Notes: generated from the sequence alone by a model not told the origin. A stretch of 64,000 nt of DNA from an uncultured bacterium (GCA_963700155.1 OY969472.1:66058-130057), one strand, 5' to 3'. Shown: positions 1 to 10,651, counted from the stretch's first letter. Translations and numbers: made by a program.

Positions 1-11
1 AGCATGAAAAA

Positions 12-251
12 TTAATATGATATTGGGTATGAGAGTGTGTATGACTGAGGATAAGAAGGAGTAGTTGAAGTCAAATCTCCAGATTTTTCTTCACTGGTAT
101 TATTACTCAAAACAAAAAATAAAACTAAAATTACGATAATTCCTATAATTGCAATAACAATAGTAGAAATAACCATTAATTTTAGGTATTTTTTCTGTTC
201 AAGTTCATTATTATTTGTATTTGTTACAGTTGGCGGAATTGTATTCATCAA
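12..251 (-). CDS. small membrane protein, hypothetical
   Basis: 79-aa ORF with one central hydrophobic helix (IVIAIIGIIVILVLFFVL); no recognisable motif. Confidence 0.3.
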   Translation of the reverse strand: MMNTIPPTVTNTNNNELEQKKYLKLMVISTIVIAIIGIIVILVLFFVLSNNTSEEKSGDLTSTTPSYPQSYTLSYPISY

Positions 252-322
252 ATCTAAAAATTATATAACTTGTCTAATTTTATAATCATTTACTCAAGAA
301 TGGAAGGCTTATAATTCTACTT

Positions 323-928
323 CTACAAAACCTTCTCAACCCCAAATTCATAATCAGGGTTCCATAACATACTTATATAACCTCTGTGCTGTTCTTTTAT
401 CCTCTTAAAACCTATACCCTTAATAAGCTTTCTGATTTTATTCCATTCATCTTTGATATTACTCTTCCCATCATCGCTTTTTAACTCAAATTCTGCAAAG
501 TGTCCTAAATTTGTAACATCATCTAGAACTATTTCAAAATCTTTATATACATAAACTTCTCTTTTTTTCTCAAGTAGTAATTTATCTGTATAACCTAACT
601 TTTCTAATAATTTTAATGACTCATCCGGTTTATTTGTTTGAAACTCTATTTCGTCTATATTCTCAGCGGTATCCAAAATTTGATCTATAGCAAAAATTTT
701 TAAACAAACAGAACCTAAGTTTTCATTTTCAAATCTTACTCTTAAATAATGTTCAGAATCTTTAAAACCTTTTTTATGAGTATAGTAAAAAGTATTTTTA
801 GGATTATTTAAATAAAATTCTTTTTGATAAATTTCTTTTTCAAAACTGGCGTTCTTTTTCAACCAACTTTTTAATTTTTTAATTTCTGAGTCAACTAAAG
901 CTATTTTTATTTCTATCTCTCTTGCCAT
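323..928 (-). CDS. CYTH-domain protein (CyaB / thiamine-triphosphatase-like)
   Basis: N-terminal EIEIKIAL (ExExK) signature of the CYTH triphosphate-tunnel fold; start placed at the internal Met just before this motif rather than at the ORF-track Met. Confidence 0.5.
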   Translation of the reverse strand: MAREIEIKIALVDSEIKKLKSWLKKNASFEKEIYQKEFYLNNPKNTFYYTHKKGFKDSEHYLRVRFENENLGSVCLKIFAIDQILDTAENIDEIEFQTNKPDESLKLLEKLGYTDKLLLEKKREVYVYKDFEIVLDDVTNLGHFAEFELKSDDGKSNIKDEWNKIRKLIKGIGFKRIKEQHRGYISMLWNPDYEFGVEKVL

Positions 929-1045
929 ATTTCTATTTGTAATAAATAAGCATATAATTCTTATCACAGGTATACCTTTTTATATATTAGAATTTAAAAA
1001 ACAACTCTGGTATACTATGAATGTTCTAATTTTAAGCACTATAAA

Positions 1046-2488
1046 GTGATCCGAAGAGTTTTACTATCATTATTAATCTTTTGTGTTTTTGTAGTTATCT
1101 GTGTATATGTAATAGTTACCGCACAAGGTACTAAAATAGACAACAGTGGGAATGTTGTAAATACAAGCATAATAAGAGTTAATAGTATTCCAAAGGATGT
1201 TTCAGTATATATTAATGATAAGCAAGCATCTCTTACCGAGAATCGGGTGGAATGGCTTGAGCCAGGAACAGTAAAAGTAACTTTAAAAAAGAATGGTTAT
1301 ACAACTTGGGAAAAAGAGGTTACTTTAAAAGCTGGCATAATAGAAGATATTTATGCTCAACTTTATCCTGATAAATTAAATTTTGACAAGTTAACTTCAA
1401 TTAATGTTGATAAATTTTTCTTTTCAAATAATACAGATTACATCTTTTATTCTGTAATTAATGCTGTAAATTCAAAAGATAATGGCTTTTGGAGATTAAA
1501 ACTTACTAGGAATTTATTAGACATTGGAGCAATAACACCAACAAAAATATATACATATAATTCTGATGATCTGAAAATGTTAAGAGAAAATACTTATGAA
1601 GCACAAATTTCAGATGATAATTCGAAAGCAATAATCTCTTTACCTGAGGCCAAAATTGCTTATTATCTTGATTTTAATAATCCAGTTTTAATATCACTAA
1701 ATGACATCCTTACGTTCTTTCCATCCCAGATCAATTGGCTTAATAATTCTACAAATGTAGTTGTTACAGATGGGAAATTGCTTATCTATTTAGATGTAAA
1801 TTCGAGACAACAAAATCTCATTTATTATTCCCCAGACAAAAAAATCACATATTCAGTAAATGGGAATAACGTTTATTATTATAGAAATGATAAAGAGAAA
1901 TTGTACGCATATGTCAACGGGCAAAGTACAGAAGTACAATTTCTCGCTGACTTAAATATAAAAAATAAAATTTCAGAAATACTTACTCCTACAAATAACA
2001 ATTCACTAATTTATTTTCTAGCTGGAAATTTATTATATATTTACGATTTAAATAACCATGCTACTTTAAATATTCAAGACGTTAAAGAAGTAAAAGCATT
2101 ATCTTCTAATGGCAAATATCTTGCATTTGAAGATATTGAAGGAAAACTAGAAACTTTAATTTTAAAATCATCAGCTGACTTAAAATCCTATACAAATAAT
2201 ATCTATACTATTTCACTAGATCCTTCGAATTTAGTCAGTCTATCTTATACTCCATCCGGGAATAATTTAATTGGTCTAATCAAAGATACAAAAGGTGATA
2301 ATGCACTATGGTTTATGGATTATGATGGAATGAATCCTGTAAAATTAATTAATGGCGAGAAAATTATTAATAATAATTTTGCAGTTTCAAGTAATGGGTT
2401 AGACCTATATCTTCTTCTGAACGATAGTAGCAATGATGTAACTTCAACTCAAAGCATATATAACTACAGTCTTGAGCTTAATCAATAG
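1046..2488 (+). CDS. membrane-anchored secreted protein with PEGA-like domain and beta-propeller-like repeats
   Basis: N-terminal TM helix; the segment VNSIPKDVSVYINDKQ...TVKVTLKKNGYTTWEKEVTLKAG resembles a PEGA domain; the remainder is repetitive and beta-rich. Confidence 0.4.
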   Translation: MIRRVLLSLLIFCVFVVICVYVIVTAQGTKIDNSGNVVNTSIIRVNSIPKDVSVYINDKQASLTENRVEWLEPGTVKVTLKKNGYTTWEKEVTLKAGIIEDIYAQLYPDKLNFDKLTSINVDKFFFSNNTDYIFYSVINAVNSKDNGFWRLKLTRNLLDIGAITPTKIYTYNSDDLKMLRENTYEAQISDDNSKAIISLPEAKIAYYLDFNNPVLISLNDILTFFPSQINWLNNSTNVVVTDGKLLIYLDVNSRQQNLIYYSPDKKITYSVNGNNVYYYRNDKEKLYAYVNGQSTEVQFLADLNIKNKISEILTPTNNNSLIYFLAGNLLYIYDLNNHATLNIQDVKEVKALSSNGKYLAFEDIEGKLETLILKSSADLKSYTNNIYTISLDPSNLVSLSYTPSGNNLIGLIKDTKGDNALWFMDYDGMNPVKLINGEKIINNNFAVSSNGLDLYLLLNDSSNDVTSTQSIYNYSLELNQ

Positions 2489-4390
2489 TTAAATATTATT
2501 TACAAAATAATCAGATTCGTCACTTTCACTTCTCATATCAATATTTTTATGCACAACAACTTTACCTTTTTTTGAGTACTCTTCATCTAGTTCCTTCAAT
2601 TTGCTCATTACATCATCGGCTGTATTACAAACAATATAAGTATTTGATTCTGTATCATTCAATTTTAGGGTACTCTTTAAACTTGACATAAGATCGTTCC
2701 AAGATTTACCTAATAGAATTACAGGCTTATGTTGACCAAAGTAAAGATAAGCATTTGCAAGAATTGTAAACAGTAGTGATAAATTAGATAAACCTCTAAC
2801 TTCAGGCAAAATAAACACATCTGAGGATTTTATTAAATATTTAAGTTTTGAATCTAAATCGGAAAATACCGCAGTTGTGTAATTATCAAAATTTAATTTT
2901 GATTTCGGTTCATCAGTATAATCTGAGTAGAATGGTTTCAAGTACACTCCTTTGATTTTTACAGTTTTGTAATCCATAACTTTATTTAATAGATTTTCAC
3001 CATAACCTCTTCCGGAATCTACTGTTATATTTAAATTATTTGAAGCAAGCTTTTCAAAAAGTTTAATTAACTCATCATTCAAACCTTGATTTACAAGATC
3101 AGTATTTAATCCAACTAAAGCCACATTGTCAAATACTTTAAAAGTACCAATACTCTCTTTTTCAGATTCAGGAATTTCTTCAACAACAGGTTTTATAGAT
3201 GTTTCTGGGATATCAGGTTTATCATCATTTTGATATTCATCGTTTACGGCTTTTTCAATATTACTAAAAATTTCTTTGTCTAAATCAGCTTTTTCATCAA
3301 CTGGTCCTCCCTCTACAATTTTTTCTTTTTCAGAATGATCAGGTATATCAGTCCTTTCTGGATTTATAGTTTCAGAACCTTCTTCTTGATCCTTGTTTTC
3401 GAGAGATGAAACATCTCCTTCTTTTTGTTGATCTGTACTCTCAGGAACTTCCTCTTCATTTCCTACAACTAAAGTGTCTTTGATTGCATTTTCCGGTTCC
3501 GATTTACTAACATTATTTGCATCTGTTAAAACATCTGTGTTGTTAGAATCATTAGATTCTGTCAAAGGTTTACTTAAATTATCTTCTACTTTACTACTTG
3601 TCTCTTGTAAATCATTAATATTTGTAGATTCTGGTGTTGTAACTTTATTTTCACTCTGATCATTGGTATCTAACGTAGATGATTCAGGTAAAGTATTTGT
3701 TTCAACTTCAGTTGTTGGCAAATTTTCTGTCTGAACAGGTAAACTTTCCGTTGAAACTTGTTGAGGAACTACGTCTTGATCAAAATCTGGTTTATATTGT
3801 AAATATTCTGAGCTTTGTTCTTGCTGACCTTGAGGGGCAGCTGCAGAAGAAGCTTGAGTCATATCAGGTAATTCTGGCAGCTGCCCCTCTTGTGTTGTGG
3901 GTGCTACACTAGAATCACTTTGAACTTGCTGTACAGATGTATCAACTTGAGGATTATTTGAGATATCTTGTACTTGTTCAACTACTGGCTGTGTTACAGC
4001 TTGAGAATAATCTGTTTGAACTGGAGCACTTGAGTTTGTATCCTCTCCAGGTAAAGGTGGTAAATCTCCTGAATAATTTTGGTTTTGTGATGAATTATCA
4101 TATGTTGATAAATTAGGATTTGGATTAAAAGTTTGACTATTAGGTGTATATTCAGAATTTAATGTATCAGTACCAGTTGGATACTGTGCTGGTAAAGGCT
4201 GAACTGAAGATGACATCTGGTCTTGAGTAGGTTGTTGCATTGGATACTTGACTTCAGAAAATGGAGTAGATACTAACCTATCGCCTTGTTGTGAGTCATC
4301 TTGAACTGTAGTTTGAACAGAAGTACCATTTTGTACTTGTGAATTATTTGTACCTGAACTTGATTTGGTAATAAAATCGAACAATCCCAT
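2489..4390 (-). CDS. LOG-family (TIGR00730, lysine-decarboxylase-like) Rossmann protein with about 380-aa low-complexity N-terminal extension
   Basis: C-terminal 230 aa has LOG-like motifs (DSGRGYGENLL ... ILPEVRGLSNLSLLFTIL ... PVILLG); N-terminal two thirds are Q/S/T/P/E/D/N-rich and disordered. Confidence 0.5.
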   Translation of the reverse strand: MGLFDFITKSSSGTNNSQVQNGTSVQTTVQDDSQQGDRLVSTPFSEVKYPMQQPTQDQMSSSVQPLPAQYPTGTDTLNSEYTPNSQTFNPNPNLSTYDNSSQNQNYSGDLPPLPGEDTNSSAPVQTDYSQAVTQPVVEQVQDISNNPQVDTSVQQVQSDSSVAPTTQEGQLPELPDMTQASSAAAPQGQQEQSSEYLQYKPDFDQDVVPQQVSTESLPVQTENLPTTEVETNTLPESSTLDTNDQSENKVTTPESTNINDLQETSSKVEDNLSKPLTESNDSNNTDVLTDANNVSKSEPENAIKDTLVVGNEEEVPESTDQQKEGDVSSLENKDQEEGSETINPERTDIPDHSEKEKIVEGGPVDEKADLDKEIFSNIEKAVNDEYQNDDKPDIPETSIKPVVEEIPESEKESIGTFKVFDNVALVGLNTDLVNQGLNDELIKLFEKLASNNLNITVDSGRGYGENLLNKVMDYKTVKIKGVYLKPFYSDYTDEPKSKLNFDNYTTAVFSDLDSKLKYLIKSSDVFILPEVRGLSNLSLLFTILANAYLYFGQHKPVILLGKSWNDLMSSLKSTLKLNDTESNTYIVCNTADDVMSKLKELDEEYSKKGKVVVHKNIDMRSESDESDYFVNNI

Positions 4391-4495
4391 CTTTTTTAAT
4401 TAATATCTATTATAGATGAATTAGCTATAAATCCACCTTCAAGTTCAGGATACAGGAAGTAAAAATAAAATGCAATGAAGTAGTGATTTAAGAAT

Positions 4496-5041
4496 TTAAC
4501 TTTCAATACCTTTAATTAGAGAATGAACACCTCGCTCGATTGATCGATTTCTATGTAATAAATTTTCTGCAGTTCCAATAATTCCACCAGATTTTTCATT
4601 TATTATTCTGTTTAAGTTTGATAAATTAGGTTTAAATTCACCAATACTACCAATGATTAATGAATCATCAACTACACTTTCAAAAATTACTCCTAAGACT
4701 CTTGAAACCCATATTCTATGATGACCATTTCTAATAATTACACAATCAATTTTTTTACCATTTGAATTAATTCGAGAGAAGGGAACAATAATTGCTGGAT
4801 AATAAAGAATACCTGGAGTAGCGAGATTATGAATTTTAATCTGATCATTTAAAGAAAAATAACCATTATTAATAACTCCTTTTTCAAAAGCCAAATTGAT
4901 AAACGCTATAGCTCTTCCGAGCTTCTCACTGTCCCATGTTTCCTGAGTCGTATAAATTCTATCATTCATTTCTGAGCCAGGATTTATGTTAATAGTCTCA
5001 ACTTCATTTAGATTATTTTCTACAAGTCCTAATAGTCGCAC
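4496..5041 (-). CDS. ParB/Srx-fold nuclease-like domain protein
   Basis: DCVIIRNGHHRIWVSRVLG contains a DGHHR-type ParB-nuclease motif; paralog of the next gene. Confidence 0.35.
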   Translation of the reverse strand: MRLLGLVENNLNEVETININPGSEMNDRIYTTQETWDSEKLGRAIAFINLAFEKGVINNGYFSLNDQIKIHNLATPGILYYPAIIVPFSRINSNGKKIDCVIIRNGHHRIWVSRVLGVIFESVVDDSLIIGSIGEFKPNLSNLNRIINEKSGGIIGTAENLLHRNRSIERGVHSLIKGIES

Positions 5042-5081
5042 AATAATTGTTTAATATATATTAGATATATTATACAATTTA

Positions 5082-5642
5082 TTACTGTTCCATTCTAGCT
5101 AAATATAGTGTTATTTGACTATAAACCCATCTATTAAAGTTTATATGATTATCTTCGCCTCCTACTTTCTTTAAGGTTTTTTCACTCATTATTTCATTGA
5201 GCTCACGTAAACTTCTAGCATTTCCTATCTCAATTACTCCTGAATTTACATCCAAATCAACCTCTATTGGAATATTAAAAGTTCTTGCAATATTTATTCT
5301 ATGATGACCACCAAAAATTACGAAACATAAAATGTGATTATTTTTACTATCTATCCTGTCAAAAGGAATAAGAGTTGGTGCATCATAGTTCCCACTGCTA
5401 TAATAACGAAGAAATGCTTCTCTTTGTTTCTCGATTGTAAAAATTTCCCCAGGTTTTAAAATATTGCTTGCAAAAGCAAAGTTAAAAAACTTAAATGTAT
5501 CAACTATACTACTACCTTCAATCCAGTTCTGAGTACTATACAAATTTTTAAACGTATCATCATTTGGCATAAGTACTACTGTCCCTTTATTCAATATTTC
5601 ATATAAGAACTTTTTTCTATCTTGACTATACATAATCGGCAA
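5082..5642 (-). CDS. ParB/Srx-fold nuclease-like domain protein (tandem paralog)
   Basis: LCFVIFGGHHRINIARTFNIP, same motif and architecture as 4496-5041. Confidence 0.35.
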   Translation of the reverse strand: MPIMYSQDRKKFLYEILNKGTVVLMPNDDTFKNLYSTQNWIEGSSIVDTFKFFNFAFASNILKPGEIFTIEKQREAFLRYYSSGNYDAPTLIPFDRIDSKNNHILCFVIFGGHHRINIARTFNIPIEVDLDVNSGVIEIGNARSLRELNEIMSEKTLKKVGGEDNHINFNRWVYSQITLYLARMEQ

Positions 5643-5655
5643 ATAATAAAAAAAC

Positions 5656-5671
5656 CTCCCTTTCGGGAGGC
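5656..5671 (-). terminator. intrinsic-terminator-like hairpin CCTCCC-TTTC-GGGAGG followed by T7 on the minus strand, sited about 15 nt upstream of the 5642 start codon
   Basis: perfect 6-bp GC stem plus U-run when read on the minus strand; its position in a 5' leader suggests an attenuator or insulator. Confidence 0.4.
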
Positions 5672-5953
5672 TTTGAATTTAACTTAATTAATTCTTATAG
5701 CGCTAAATACCTCCCATAGCTTATCTTTCCTAAAATGAGGACAAGAATGAGAGAAATAATTTTGTTTAAAGAATTTTTATTCATTATTTTGTTGCTTATT
5801 ATTAATAACGAAACAGGACGATTATATTTTAAAGTATTTTATATTTCAAGATAAAAATTATCTATTTTTCAACTATTTTATATTTATCTATAGACATTTT
5901 AAGTACTTTTTAATAAACTCTGATTGTTAATATTCAAATTAGTAAAAGAATTT

Positions 5954-7378
5954 ATGGCTGAAAGATTAGAAATTCCAACAATCGTAAATATTACTTCAAC
6001 AGTAGAAAAAATTAAAAATGGAGAAATTAAAGTCATTGATTTAATTCAAGAACATTTAAACCGTGCAAAAGAAGTTAATCCTAGGATTAATGCTTTTATA
6101 ACAATTTTCGATGAATCTATAGAAAAAGCTAAAGAATTAGACAAAAAGATTAAGAATAAAGATGAATCGGTAATTAAACTTAAACTTTTAGGAATACCCT
6201 TCACAGCAAAAGACTTATATTTAGTAGAAAATACAAGAACAACATTTTCTTCAAAAATCACTGAAAATTTTATTGCTCCATATACTTCAACAGTAGTTAA
6301 GAAATGTTTGGACGAAGGAGCAATTCTAATTGGGAAAACAAATTCAGATCCATGGGGTTTTGGAGGTAGCGGAGAAAACTCTGGTTATGGACCAACAAAA
6401 CATCCTTTAGACTTTACAAAGACACCTGGAGGCTCCAGCGCAGGCGCTGGAGCCTCCTTATTAGCAGGAGTCGGCTTTTTTGCATTGGCTACTGACACTG
6501 GTGGTTCAACAAGATTACCAGCCTCTTTTTGCGGATTATATGGACTAAAGCCGACTTATGGAAGGAATTCAAGATATGGAATTGGTTCGATGGGCTCTTC
6601 TTTTGATACTCCTGGATTTTTAACAAGGCATATTGAAGATGTTGCGCTTCTTGAAGAAATTATGGCTGGTAAAGATATTAACGACTCAAGTACCTATGAA
6701 ATTCCTAATGAATATTTACCAAAATCTGAGTCTAAAATTAAAATAGGAATTCCTAAACAATACTTTGAAGAAGGTTTAGCACAAGAAGTAAGAAATGAAA
6801 TTGAAAATAAAATCCAAGAATTAAAAAATAAAGGATTTGAAATTAAAGATGTTTCACTTCCAAGTACAAAATATGGACTTGCAGCTTATTATATTCTAGT
6901 TCCTTCAGAGATTTCATCAAATAGAGCTAAATATGATGGAGTTAGATTTGGTCAGAAAGTAAGTGATAATTATGAAGAGAACATGATACAAAGCAGAAGT
7001 AAATATCTCGAAGATGAAGTTAAACGAAGAATCATGATAGGGACTTATTCTTTGAGTGCTGGTTATGCTGATAAATACTATCTACAAGCTAGTAAAGTTA
7101 GAACAAAATTAAAAAGAGAATTCAATAAAGTTTTTGAAGAAGTTGACTATCTAATCGCCCCCGTATCTCCTCTAACAGCTTTTAATCTTGGAGAAAAGTC
7201 TATGGATCCTGTTCAAATGTATCTAGTTGATATCTATACAGTAACAGCAAATCTTGTTGGTATTCCATCAATTGCTATCCCCTTAGGAAAAGACAATAAT
7301 AATCTTCCTGTTGGTTTTCAATTAATGGGTAAAAAATTCTCTGAACCAGAGCTTATACAAACAGCTTCAATGTTGTAA
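5954..7378 (+). CDS. gatA: Glu-tRNA(Gln)/Asp-tRNA(Asn) amidotransferase subunit A
   Basis: amidase signature GGSSAGAGASLLAG and GTDTGGSTRLPASFCGLYGLKPTYG; start set at MAERLE. Confidence 0.85.
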   Translation: MAERLEIPTIVNITSTVEKIKNGEIKVIDLIQEHLNRAKEVNPRINAFITIFDESIEKAKELDKKIKNKDESVIKLKLLGIPFTAKDLYLVENTRTTFSSKITENFIAPYTSTVVKKCLDEGAILIGKTNSDPWGFGGSGENSGYGPTKHPLDFTKTPGGSSAGAGASLLAGVGFFALATDTGGSTRLPASFCGLYGLKPTYGRNSRYGIGSMGSSFDTPGFLTRHIEDVALLEEIMAGKDINDSSTYEIPNEYLPKSESKIKIGIPKQYFEEGLAQEVRNEIENKIQELKNKGFEIKDVSLPSTKYGLAAYYILVPSEISSNRAKYDGVRFGQKVSDNYEENMIQSRSKYLEDEVKRRIMIGTYSLSAGYADKYYLQASKVRTKLKREFNKVFEEVDYLIAPVSPLTAFNLGEKSMDPVQMYLVDIYTVTANLVGIPSIAIPLGKDNNNLPVGFQLMGKKFSEPELIQTASML

Positions 7379-7427
7379 TGTAAAATAATTTTCATTATTA
7401 TGTGTTCATAGCTATTATTTTGAAATA

Positions 7428-8060
7428 ATGAAGAAAGTTTTTATTCTATTGTTTATTTTTGGAATTTTTTTAACATTTGGAATACGAACAGATGCTTTTA
7501 CAGCTGATCCAAATAGCGGAGAATATACTCAAGATACAACTTTAACTTTAGAACTCAAAGCTAAACCTCAAGGGAATGAAAATGCAGTGAGTATTGATCT
7601 ATTAGCTGAAGGTTTAACAATTACTAACTATACTCCACCATCAAGTTCTGATTGGATAGGTAATACATCTGATTGTTCAAACGGTCAGTTATATTCATCT
7701 GACAGAGTCTGTACTAGCATGGCCAAATCTTCAAAAATAGAGGATGGAGAATCTCTTGGAACGATAACAGTACAAATAAAAGGTTCTACATATGGGAAAA
7801 TAACTAAAGGATCAAACAATCTTTATTCTGATTCAACAAATCTAAGAAATGACTTAGGAACATTAGCCGAGTTTAATAAGACTTTTCAAAATAATAATTC
7901 AAGTTCACAGTTACTAAATATACAAATTAGTGAAAATTTACAACCAATACTTATAGCCCTAACATTAGCATTCATTGTAATTTTACTTGTTTTAATGTTT
8001 CTACCAAAAATAAAAACTGTCTTATCAAGCCGTAATGGTGAAAATCCAGGACCGTTTTAA
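7428..8060 (+). CDS. secreted protein with signal peptide and C-terminal TM anchor
   Basis: N-terminal hydrophobic signal, S/T/N-rich body, C-terminal helix ILIALTLAFIVILLVLMF. Confidence 0.35.
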   Translation: MKKVFILLFIFGIFLTFGIRTDAFTADPNSGEYTQDTTLTLELKAKPQGNENAVSIDLLAEGLTITNYTPPSSSDWIGNTSDCSNGQLYSSDRVCTSMAKSSKIEDGESLGTITVQIKGSTYGKITKGSNNLYSDSTNLRNDLGTLAEFNKTFQNNNSSSQLLNIQISENLQPILIALTLAFIVILLVLMFLPKIKTVLSSRNGENPGPF

Positions 8061-8077
8061 TATTAAAATTTACTCTT

Positions 8078-9058
8078 GTGAATATTAAGAAACCAATTCC
8101 AAGAATTCTAAGTTTGCTTTTAGCAATATCGATGCTTGGGTTAATCGGTCTAGTAATCTTTTTCAGAACTCAGACTGAAAATAATAACGCTCCAAATGAT
8201 TCAAATGCAATTTTTGGAGGACGACTAGAAAATGGTTATGAATTTGCAGGTTATGTAATTTCGGATAAAGTAACGAGTATAGAAATTTGTAGTGCAATAA
8301 TAGTATCTCCTACTCAGGCAATAACTGCTGCACACTGCTTAGATAATGATGGGCAGAAATTCGTAGGAATTGGTTCTTATACTAGTGAGGCAACTCAATA
8401 TTATAATGTAGACAGAGTAGTCATACATCCAAATTGGCTTACATTTAATAAAATAGGGAATGATCTTGGGATAATTATCTTAAAAGATCCAATTATACTT
8501 GATCAATATGCTGAAATTGCACAACCTGAAGCTGGATGTAATTATGTAGTTGTCGGTTACGGAAAGCAGAGCAATTTAGATAGTTTTACTCCTTTAAGAA
8601 AAAGTACAGATGTGTGTATAGAAAGTACAGACTATCTTGGTAATGCTATTAGTTTTAGTGGTAGACAAGGAGGATTATGTTTTGGTGATAGTGGAAGTGC
8701 TGTATTTGAAAAAGGTACAAATAAATTTGTTACGATAGCCTCAAGTATTGATTCTTGTTATATAAACAATTTTGCTGCCGGAGCGCAAATTTATCAAAAG
8801 ATAAATTTGCGCAATTCAAGTTTTGAAGATTCCTCAACCGAAGCAGTCCAGTGTGGTTACATTGATACACAAAATAATGGAGTTATAGACAAAGATGATT
8901 TGAAAGCCTTTGTTGGTGACTACCTTAAATATTGTGATAACAAAGGCTTAAATATTACTTTACAATGTGGGCTAAAAGATTCTAACCAGGATAATGTTAT
9001 TAACCTTGTAGATTTGGGACATTTTGCAAAGCTTTATACTGCAGGGACTTGTCTATGA
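8078..9058 (+). CDS. trypsin-like S1 serine protease with C-terminal dockerin-like repeat pair
   Basis: catalytic His motif ITAAHCL and Ser motif GDSGSAVF; C-terminus has two Ca-loop-like repeats DTQNNGVIDKDD and DSNQDNVINLVD, each followed by a helix. Confidence 0.65.
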   Translation: MNIKKPIPRILSLLLAISMLGLIGLVIFFRTQTENNNAPNDSNAIFGGRLENGYEFAGYVISDKVTSIEICSAIIVSPTQAITAAHCLDNDGQKFVGIGSYTSEATQYYNVDRVVIHPNWLTFNKIGNDLGIIILKDPIILDQYAEIAQPEAGCNYVVVGYGKQSNLDSFTPLRKSTDVCIESTDYLGNAISFSGRQGGLCFGDSGSAVFEKGTNKFVTIASSIDSCYINNFAAGAQIYQKINLRNSSFEDSSTEAVQCGYIDTQNNGVIDKDDLKAFVGDYLKYCDNKGLNITLQCGLKDSNQDNVINLVDLGHFAKLYTAGTCL

Positions 9059-9061
9059 AAA

Positions 9062-10498
9062 TTATTTTTCACCAACTACCTGACCTTCTGAAGTATCTTT
9101 AACTATAATTCCAAATTCATTTAAAAGTTTATCTCTTATTTTATCTGATTTTGCCCAATCTTTATTTATTCTTGCGATATTTCTTTCTTCAAGTAAAATT
9201 TTAGCTTCATTTGATATTTCTAATTCTTTTGGATTCTCTATACTCTCTACTAAATTCAACCCTAATACTTTATCAAAATCCTGAATTGTTACTAATTTAA
9301 TTTGAGCAGATAGACTAGACTTTGTAAGTTCCCAAACAATAGAAAGAGCTTCAGGAATATTAAAATCATTTTCTAAAGCTTCAACAAATTTATTTTTAAA
9401 TTCAGAGGAGGGTAGAGCACTTTCAGAATTTTGACCCTTCACTTCCCTGCTCCAGTCTGTTACAAAATTTATTAGACGGTTATATGCAACCTTCGCTGCT
9501 TCCAAACCTTCCCAAGTAAAATTTTGTTTTGAACGATAGTGAGCTTGTAAGAAAAAATATCGCAAGACTAGAGGATTGTAACCTTTTTCGATTATACTTG
9601 AAAGGTTATAAACATTACCTAGTGATTTACTCATCTTAGTTCCGTCAACATCAAGATGTTCATTATGAACCCAGTAATTTACATATTTAACACCATTTGC
9701 AGACTCGCTTTGAGCGATCTCGTTTGTATGATGAGTTGGTATGTGCTCTACCCCGCCCATATGAATATCGATTGTATCGCCTAGATTGGCCTTCACCATC
9801 GCAGAACATTCAATATGCCAACCTGGGAACCCATTACCTTTTTCAACTTCAGGAGATTCAAATGGTGAAGGCCAATACTGTAAAGCATTCTTATGAGCCT
9901 CTGTTTTAAAGAACCATAAAGCGAAATCCTCTGGATTTCGCTTGTTTGTTTCAGTAATTTCTCCATGACCTTCTCCTACTTTATTCATTTCAAGGTTTTG
10001 CCCACTTAGCTTAGTATAGTCAGGAAACTTCGACACATCAAAATATATCGCTTCAGGTGTCAAATAGGCAAAACCTTTATCTAAAAGTACCTTTACCATT
10101 TCAATCATTGGCTGAATATAGTCTGTTGCTCTTGCAGAAATTGTTGGTGGCAAAGTATTTAATAAATTCACATCTTTATCAAATTCTTCGATATATTTGT
10201 CAGCAATCTCCTGTGGGGTTAAACCTTCCCGCTTTGCTCCTTTCTCCATCTTATCTTCACCTTCATCAGCATCAGAAGTTAAATGACCAAAATCTGTATA
10301 GTTTCTTACATATTTAACATCATATCCAAGATAAATTAGACTTCGTCTTATCAAATCTCCCATCACCATCGCTCTCATATTCCCAATATGTTGAGTCCAA
10401 TAAACTGTAGGTCCACATTGATAAAATCTTACTTTACCTTCTTCTATCGGTTGAAAAACTTGAAGCTCTCTTCCCAATGTGTTGAATACTTTTAGCAT
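9062..10498 (-). CDS. cysS: cysteinyl-tRNA synthetase
   Basis: CGPTVY, HIGN and KMSKSLGN class I motifs. Confidence 0.9.
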   Translation of the reverse strand: MLKVFNTLGRELQVFQPIEEGKVRFYQCGPTVYWTQHIGNMRAMVMGDLIRRSLIYLGYDVKYVRNYTDFGHLTSDADEGEDKMEKGAKREGLTPQEIADKYIEEFDKDVNLLNTLPPTISARATDYIQPMIEMVKVLLDKGFAYLTPEAIYFDVSKFPDYTKLSGQNLEMNKVGEGHGEITETNKRNPEDFALWFFKTEAHKNALQYWPSPFESPEVEKGNGFPGWHIECSAMVKANLGDTIDIHMGGVEHIPTHHTNEIAQSESANGVKYVNYWVHNEHLDVDGTKMSKSLGNVYNLSSIIEKGYNPLVLRYFFLQAHYRSKQNFTWEGLEAAKVAYNRLINFVTDWSREVKGQNSESALPSSEFKNKFVEALENDFNIPEALSIVWELTKSSLSAQIKLVTIQDFDKVLGLNLVESIENPKELEISNEAKILLEERNIARINKDWAKSDKIRDKLLNEFGIIVKDTSEGQVVGEK

Positions 10499-10651
10499 AA
10501 TGTAAACTTAACAATTACCAGATTATACACTGTTAGTTATTTAATTTCAGTTCCAATGATTATTAATGCATTAATGTTGAATATACTTATAAATACAATA
10601 TATAGAAGGCACTTATCTGTGTACTTTTTGTGTATTTTACGTGCTTTCTAT

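Noticed and set aside
1556-1590. CTGATGA heptamer inside the PEGA-protein gene (plus strand about 1563)
   Set aside because: No stem II hairpin or GAAA in the right register and no flanking stems I/III. It is a chance occurrence in coding sequence, not a hammerhead.
3474-3912. Two plus-strand ORFs (61 and 77 aa) inside the LOG-family gene
   Set aside because: They are antisense to a low-complexity coding region and Leu/Ser-rich, which is an artefact of the repetitive sequence.
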